The notes beneath the pieces were generated by a model that worked only from the letters and a program-made list of their open reading frames with translations, made no database searches and was not told where the DNA came from. From Deltaproteobacteria bacterium (lineage in GTDB: Bacteria; Myxococcota; UBA727; VGSZ01): a stretch of DNA of 64,000 nt. The stretch lies in NCBI GenBank assembly GCA_016177705.1, contig JACOUT010000005.1, positions 94,374 through 158,373 on the forward strand, read 5' to 3'. The translations under genes and the position numbers were made by a program. Shown piece after piece: positions 59,506 through 64,000 of this stretch (position 1 is its first letter; each line of letters begins with the position of its first letter).

Positions 59506-61104
59506 TCATGCGCGCGCAGCAGCGACGATCTCCTCGAAGATCCCGGTCTCAACCATCGGGACCGGCTCGCCGGCGAGCTGAGCGCGAAGCGCCACCGTCC
59601 CGCGGTCCTCTGGCACGAACAGACAGACGAGCCCGGCCGCGACGCACGCGCGCGCCGCCTCGGGCGTGTTGGCGATCGCGGTCGCCAGCCCCTCGTCCCA
59701 CAGCGCACGCTCGAGCGCCTCGGCCTTCGCCGGGTTCCACACCAGTACCGGCCCGTGGCCGAACCGCGCGCGGCGCTCGACCGCGCTCACGGCGCCGCCG
59801 CGCGCGCCGTCGTGGCTCGCGGTGGCCTCCGTGATCATGCCGGCGCCCACCGTGGCGTTGGTCTGCGCGTCGATGACGATGAACGCCCCGGTGGCGCGGC
59901 ACCCCTGATACCGATCGACGACGAGCGGCTTGCCCACGGCGAGCGCCAGGCGTCCGATGTCGTTGAGCGTGAGCGCGGGCGCCTCCTGGTGCTCGATCGT
60001 CTCCAGGTCGACGCGATGGCACACGCGCTCGATGCGTGCGGGCACTACGCGCGTGCCGTGCTTGACGAGGTAGCCGCGCCGCGGATCGCTCGGCTGCTCG
60101 CCAAGCCAGACCACGTCCGCCTCGAAGCGCCGCGTCACGATGGGCGGCGAGTCGGGTGCCGCCAGCAACTCGCCGCGCCCGACGTCGAGCTGGTGCTCGA
60201 GCTGCAAGGCCACCGCCTGCGGCGCGCGCGCGTTCGCCAGCGGTCCACCCAGTCGATCGATCGAGGTCACCCGCGTGCGCAGCCCCGAGGGCAGCGCTAC
60301 CACCTCGTCACCCACCGCGATCTCGCCCGCGACGATCTGGCCGGTGACGGCCCGGTAGTCGAGGTTGGGTCGCAACACCCCTTGCACGGGGAAGCGGAAG
60401 GCGCCGCCGGTCCGATGGCGCGCGACTGGCACGGTGTCGAGCAGCTCGAGCAGCGTTGCGCCCGAGTGCCAGGCCAGGCGCGCGCTCGGCGCGGCCACGT
60501 TGTCGCCGTCGCTCGCGCACAGCGGCAGCACCTGCACGCCATCGAAGCCGAGCCGTTCGGCGAAGGAGAGGAAGTCGTCGCGAATCTCCTCGAACGCCGC
60601 CTGCGAGAAGCCCACCAGGTCCATCTTGTTGACCGCGACGACGAGCTGGCGAATGCCGAGCAAGGCCGCGATGAAGGCGTGGCGCCGCGTCTGCGGCAGC
60701 GTGCCGAGGCGCGCGTCGAGCAGGATGACGGCGACGTCCGCCGTCGAGGCGCCGGTGGCCATGTTGCGCGTGTACTGCACGTGGCCCGGCGTATCCGCGA
60801 TGATCAGCTTGCGCCGCTTGCTCGCGCAGTAGCGATAGGCGACGTCGATGGTGATGGCCTGCTCGCGCTCGGCCAACAGCCCGTCGGTGAACAAGGAGAA
60901 GTCGAGCGCGGCGCCGCCCTGCTTTGTGGCGCGGCGCACCTGGTCGATCTGGTCCTGGTAGAGGCCGTGCAGCTCGTAGAGCAGCCGGCCGATCAGGGTC
61001 GACTTGCCGTCGTCGACCGATCCGACCACGACCAGGCGCAGCAGCTCCTTCTGCTCGCGCTGGCGCAGTATCTCGCCGATCGCGGCGGGGTGGAGCGCGC
61101 CCAT
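59506..61104 (-). CDS. cysN: sulfate adenylyltransferase subunit 1 (CysN) with a degenerate APS-kinase-like C-terminal remnant
   Basis: The GTPase motifs GSVDDGKSTL, DTPGH and NKMD plus EF-Tu-like domains II/III are present. The ~105-aa C-terminal tail aligns to CysC (GPVLVWNP versus GVVVWFTG; AARACVAAGLVCLF versus VANLMVEAGLVVL) but lacks the GLSGSGKST P-loop. Confidence 0.85.
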   Translation of the reverse strand: MGALHPAAIGEILRQREQKELLRLVVVGSVDDGKSTLIGRLLYELHGLYQDQIDQVRRATKQGGAALDFSLFTDGLLAEREQAITIDVAYRYCASKRRKLIIADTPGHVQYTRNMATGASTADVAVILLDARLGTLPQTRRHAFIAALLGIRQLVVAVNKMDLVGFSQAAFEEIRDDFLSFAERLGFDGVQVLPLCASDGDNVAAPSARLAWHSGATLLELLDTVPVARHRTGGAFRFPVQGVLRPNLDYRAVTGQIVAGEIAVGDEVVALPSGLRTRVTSIDRLGGPLANARAPQAVALQLEHQLDVGRGELLAAPDSPPIVTRRFEADVVWLGEQPSDPRRGYLVKHGTRVVPARIERVCHRVDLETIEHQEAPALTLNDIGRLALAVGKPLVVDRYQGCRATGAFIVIDAQTNATVGAGMITEATASHDGARGGAVSAVERRARFGHGPVLVWNPAKAEALERALWDEGLATAIANTPEAARACVAAGLVCLFVPEDRGTVALRAQLAGEPVPMVETGIFEEIVAAARA

Positions 61105-62006
61105 CAGAAGTACCCCTCACGCTTCTTGGACTCCATCGAGCCCTCCTCGTCGTGGTCGATGAGCCGGCCCTGGCGCTCGGACCAGCGGGAGTCGAGCATC
61201 TCGCCGATCACCTCGATCACCGTCGTGGCATTGGACTCGACCGCGCCCGACAGCGGGTAGCAGCCGAGCGTGCGGAAGCGCACGCGCTTCAGCACCGAAG
61301 CCTCGCCGGGCAGGAGGCGCATGCGATCGTCGTCGACCATGATCCAGGCGCCGCCACGCCGCACCACCGGGCGCTCGGCGGCGAAGTAGAGCGGCACCAC
61401 CGGCAGGGCCTCGCGCAGCACGTACTGCCAGACGTCGAGCTCGGTCCAATTGGAGAGCGGGAAGACGCGGATGCTCTCGCCTGCCTCGATGCGGCCGTTG
61501 TAGAGGTTCCACAGCTCGGGGCGCTGGTTCCTCGGATCCCACTGCTGGTCGCGGTCGCGAAACGAATAGACGCGCTCCTTTGCGCGGCTCTTCTCCTCAT
61601 CGCGCCGCGCGCCGCCGAACGCCGCGTCGAAGCCGTGCGTCTTGAGCGTCTCCACCAGCGCGAGCGTCTTCATCACGCGCGTGTAGCGCTGGCTCGAGTA
61701 GTCGAACGGGTTGATGCCCTCGTCGAGCCCACGCTGGTTGCAGCCGACGATGAGCTGCAAGCCGTGCTCGCGCACCACGTGGTCGCGCAGCTCATACATG
61801 GCGCGGAACTTCCACGTGGTGTCGATGTGCAAGAGCGGGAATGGCAGGGGTGCCGGGAAGAAGGCCTTGCGCGCGAGGTGCAGCAGCACCTGCGAGTCCT
61901 TGCCGACGCTGTAGAGCATCACCGGCTTTTTGAACTCGGCGGCCACCTCGCGGATGATGTGGATCGACTCGGCCTCGAGCTCGTCGAGGTGAGTGAGCGC
62001 GCTCAT
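61104..62006 (-). CDS. cysD: sulfate adenylyltransferase subunit 2
   Basis: The PAPS-reductase-like fold with SVGKDS and CysD-typical length is present, and the stop overlaps the cysN start. Confidence 0.9.
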   Translation of the reverse strand: MSALTHLDELEAESIHIIREVAAEFKKPVMLYSVGKDSQVLLHLARKAFFPAPLPFPLLHIDTTWKFRAMYELRDHVVREHGLQLIVGCNQRGLDEGINPFDYSSQRYTRVMKTLALVETLKTHGFDAAFGGARRDEEKSRAKERVYSFRDRDQQWDPRNQRPELWNLYNGRIEAGESIRVFPLSNWTELDVWQYVLREALPVVPLYFAAERPVVRRGGAWIMVDDDRMRLLPGEASVLKRVRFRTLGCYPLSGAVESNATTVIEVIGEMLDSRWSERQGRLIDHDEEGSMESKKREGYF

Positions 62007-62776
62007 CGCCGCCCCCGTGCGGCTGTTGCGGTGTGCTCCATCAGACCGCCAGCCAACCGCAGCCGGTGACGAAGCGTCACCACCTCCCCGATCACCACCA
62101 GCGCCGGTCCCGAGAATCGAGCGCCATCGGCCACGGCCCCGACCGTGGCAAGCGTGCTTTCGACGATACGTTCATCATCGAAGCTCCCTGACTCGATGAT
62201 CGCCACCGGCGTCGAGCACGCCTTGCCCTGGGCCAGCAGCGCGGCGGCTATCTCGGCGATCTTGGCGCCACCCATGAACAGCACCAGCGTGTCCGCGCCG
62301 GCCAGGTGCCGCCAGTCGACGGCGCCGTCGGCGCGATGCGCGGCTGCGAAGGTGACCGACGCCGCCACCCCCCGGTGGGTCACCGGGATGCCGCACAAGT
62401 CGGGCACGGCGACGCCGCTCGTGACGCCCGGCACCACCTCGCAGGGCACGTCGGCCTCGGCAAGCGCGAGCGCCTCCTCGCCGCCGCGCCCGAACACGAA
62501 CGGGTCGCCGCCCTTCAAGCGCACCACGAGCCGGCCGAGCCGCGCCTGCTTGATCAACAGCCGGTTGATGTCCGACTGCGCGGTCGCGGCGCCGAACCCC
62601 TCTTTGCCCACGTAGAACAAGCGCGCACCCCGCCGCGCATGCGCGAGCACGCCCGGGTGGATCAGGCGGTCGTAGACGATCGCGTCGGCGCGCTGCAAAA
62701 GCGCCGCCGCCTTGACGGTGAGCAGCTCGGGATCGCCCGGGCCCGCGCCAACCAGGTAGACGCGCCCCGTCGTCAT
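62003..62776 (-). CDS. cobA: uroporphyrinogen-III C-methyltransferase (SUMT)
   Basis: Motifs [15 protein letters not shown] and [18 protein letters not shown] are present. Confidence 0.85.
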   Translation of the reverse strand: MTTGRVYLVGAGPGDPELLTVKAAALLQRADAIVYDRLIHPGVLAHARRGARLFYVGKEGFGAATAQSDINRLLIKQARLGRLVVRLKGGDPFVFGRGGEEALALAEADVPCEVVPGVTSGVAVPDLCGIPVTHRGVAASVTFAAAHRADGAVDWRHLAGADTLVLFMGGAKIAEIAAALLAQGKACSTPVAIIESGSFDDERIVESTLATVGAVADGARFSGPALVVIGEVVTLRHRLRLAGGLMEHTATAARGRR

Positions 62777-63534
62777 GTCACGAGCCCCATGGCTTTGAGG
62801 GTCATCGACAGCCCGAACACGACCAGCACGGCGTCGAAGGCCATGCAGCTGCGCCGGAACAGCTCGGGCTCGAGGTTGCGCAACACCAAGCGCCCGAGCG
62901 GCAGGCCGATCGCCACCGCCGGCACGAAGCTCGCAGCGAGCGAGACGCTCGCGGCGGTGAACACACCGAGCGCGAGATAGCTCACGGCGGTGAGCGATGA
63001 TTCGACGAAGCGGAAGACCGCGAGCGCCGCGCGGAACTCGTCCTTCGACAGGCCCTGGTTATTGAACACGAGCGCGAGCGGCGGCCCCGACAGCGTGGTA
63101 GCGGCATAGAGCGCGCCGATGCCGAAGCCCACCGGCAGCGCGGCGCGCGCCTCGTGCTTGATGGGACGACGCACGCCGAGGCTCTGCAGGACGACCAGCG
63201 GCAAGAGCACGAGGTACGTGGCGAGCTTGAGGCCGTGCGCCGACACCACGGCGAGGAGGAAGCTGCCCACCATCACCCCAGGGACGGCGCCGGCGATCAG
63301 CAGCTTCAGGCGCGGCAGCACCGCCGGCACCGTACGGCGGTTGATGACCAGCGCGTAGCCGTTCAGCACCAGCTCGACGAGCACCAGCGCAGGGTTGAGC
63401 AGCCGGCTCGTGTGCACCAGCAAGGCCGCGGGCACCGTGATCGACGAGAAGCCGTAGCCGAGCCCGCCATTGATGGCCGCGGCGACCAGCGCCACGCCGA
63501 GAACCGCCCAGGAGCCGAGGTCGACGTCGCTCAT
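62773..63534 (-). CDS. sulfite exporter TauE/SafE family membrane protein
   Basis: ATG at 63534 overlaps the upstream stop (ATGA). The protein has eight hydrophobic segments and a Gly-rich pattern typical of TauE. Confidence 0.75.
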   Translation of the reverse strand: MSDVDLGSWAVLGVALVAAAINGGLGYGFSSITVPAALLVHTSRLLNPALVLVELVLNGYALVINRRTVPAVLPRLKLLIAGAVPGVMVGSFLLAVVSAHGLKLATYLVLLPLVVLQSLGVRRPIKHEARAALPVGFGIGALYAATTLSGPPLALVFNNQGLSKDEFRAALAVFRFVESSLTAVSYLALGVFTAASVSLAASFVPAVAIGLPLGRLVLRNLEPELFRRSCMAFDAVLVVFGLSMTLKAMGLVT

Positions 63535-63538
63535 GGCA

Positions 63539-64000
63539 TCAGCGGTGCAGGCCGCACTCCTTGTGGCCGTGCTGCTCCCACCACCAGCGGCCGGCGCGCG
63601 CCGCCTCGCCTGGCTGCACCGCCCTGGTGCAGGGCGCGCAGCCGATCGAGGGGAAGCCCGCGTCGTGCAGCCGGTTGTAGGGGAGGCGGTGGGCGCGCAC
63701 GTGCGCCCAGGTCTGCTCCTCGGTCCACGTGGCGAGCGGGTTGATCTTGAGGATGTCGCCGTGCTGCTGGTCGACGTCGACGACCTTGACCGCGCTGCGA
63801 TCGCTCGACTGCTCACGGCGCAGGCCGGTGAGCCACGCCTTGCGCCCGACGAGCGCGCGCGCGAGCGGCTCCACCTTGCGCACGCCGCAGCACTGCCGCC
63901 GCGCCTCCACGCCGCTGCGGAAGCTGAAGTGTCCGCGCTCGGTGGTGAGCGCCTCGAGCTCGCGGGCCTGCGGGAACCAGCTCTCGACGGTGATCTGGTA
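63539..64000 (-). CDS. cysH: adenylyl-sulfate / phosphoadenylyl-sulfate reductase (CysH), C-terminal part; the 5' end lies outside the window
   Basis: The C-terminus reads ...FPSIGCAPCTRAV...KECGLHR, i.e. a CxxC pair plus the catalytic ECGLH motif, which is the Fe-S-type APS-reductase-like pattern. Confidence 0.8.
   Translation of the reverse strand, partial: YQITVESWFPQARELEALTTERGHFSFRSGVEARRQCCGVRKVEPLARALVGRKAWLTGLRREQSSDRSAVKVVDVDQQHGDILKINPLATWTEEQTWAHVRAHRLPYNRLHDAGFPSIGCAPCTRAVQPGEAARAGRWWWEQHGHKECGLHR

Overview
This is a high-GC (about 70%), gene-dense chromosomal segment with about 60 protein-coding genes; I found no rRNA, tRNA or CRISPR. The taxonomic signature is myxobacterial: a eukaryotic-like Ser/Thr kinase with PEGA domains, a FrzS/AglZ-like pseudo-receiver coiled-coil protein, a MYXO-CTERM-type C-terminal sorting tag, Cys-rich repeat secreted proteins and many lipoproteins. 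Housekeeping content includes galU, pssA, secF, uvrB, trxB, rph-rdgB, an mlaEFD-like MCE ABC transporter, uppS-cdsA, fmt-cobB(Sir2) and a sulfate-assimilation operon (cysH-tauE-cobA-cysD-cysN). The most unusual item is a full-length bacterial homologue of the eukaryotic major vault protein (MVP, 30783-33219, minus strand), sitting directly downstream of the MCE transporter operon. Other notable observations: (1) an isolated fliO-like/sctR/sctS/sctT export-gate cassette with no other type III secretion or flagellar genes nearby; (2) two tandem FliH/SctL-like genes about 45 kb away, embedded in an lpoA-like...uppS-cdsA envelope operon; (3) two large compound palindromic intergenic elements (26040-26370 and 23118-23280); (4) hexanucleotide simple-sequence repeats in two promoter/leader regions; (5) a lower-GC beta-class DNA methyltransferase with no cognate nuclease; (6) a CysN carrying a degenerate APS-kinase remnant next to an Fe-S-type CysH. 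Many long opposite-strand ORFs are high-GC artefacts and were rejected.
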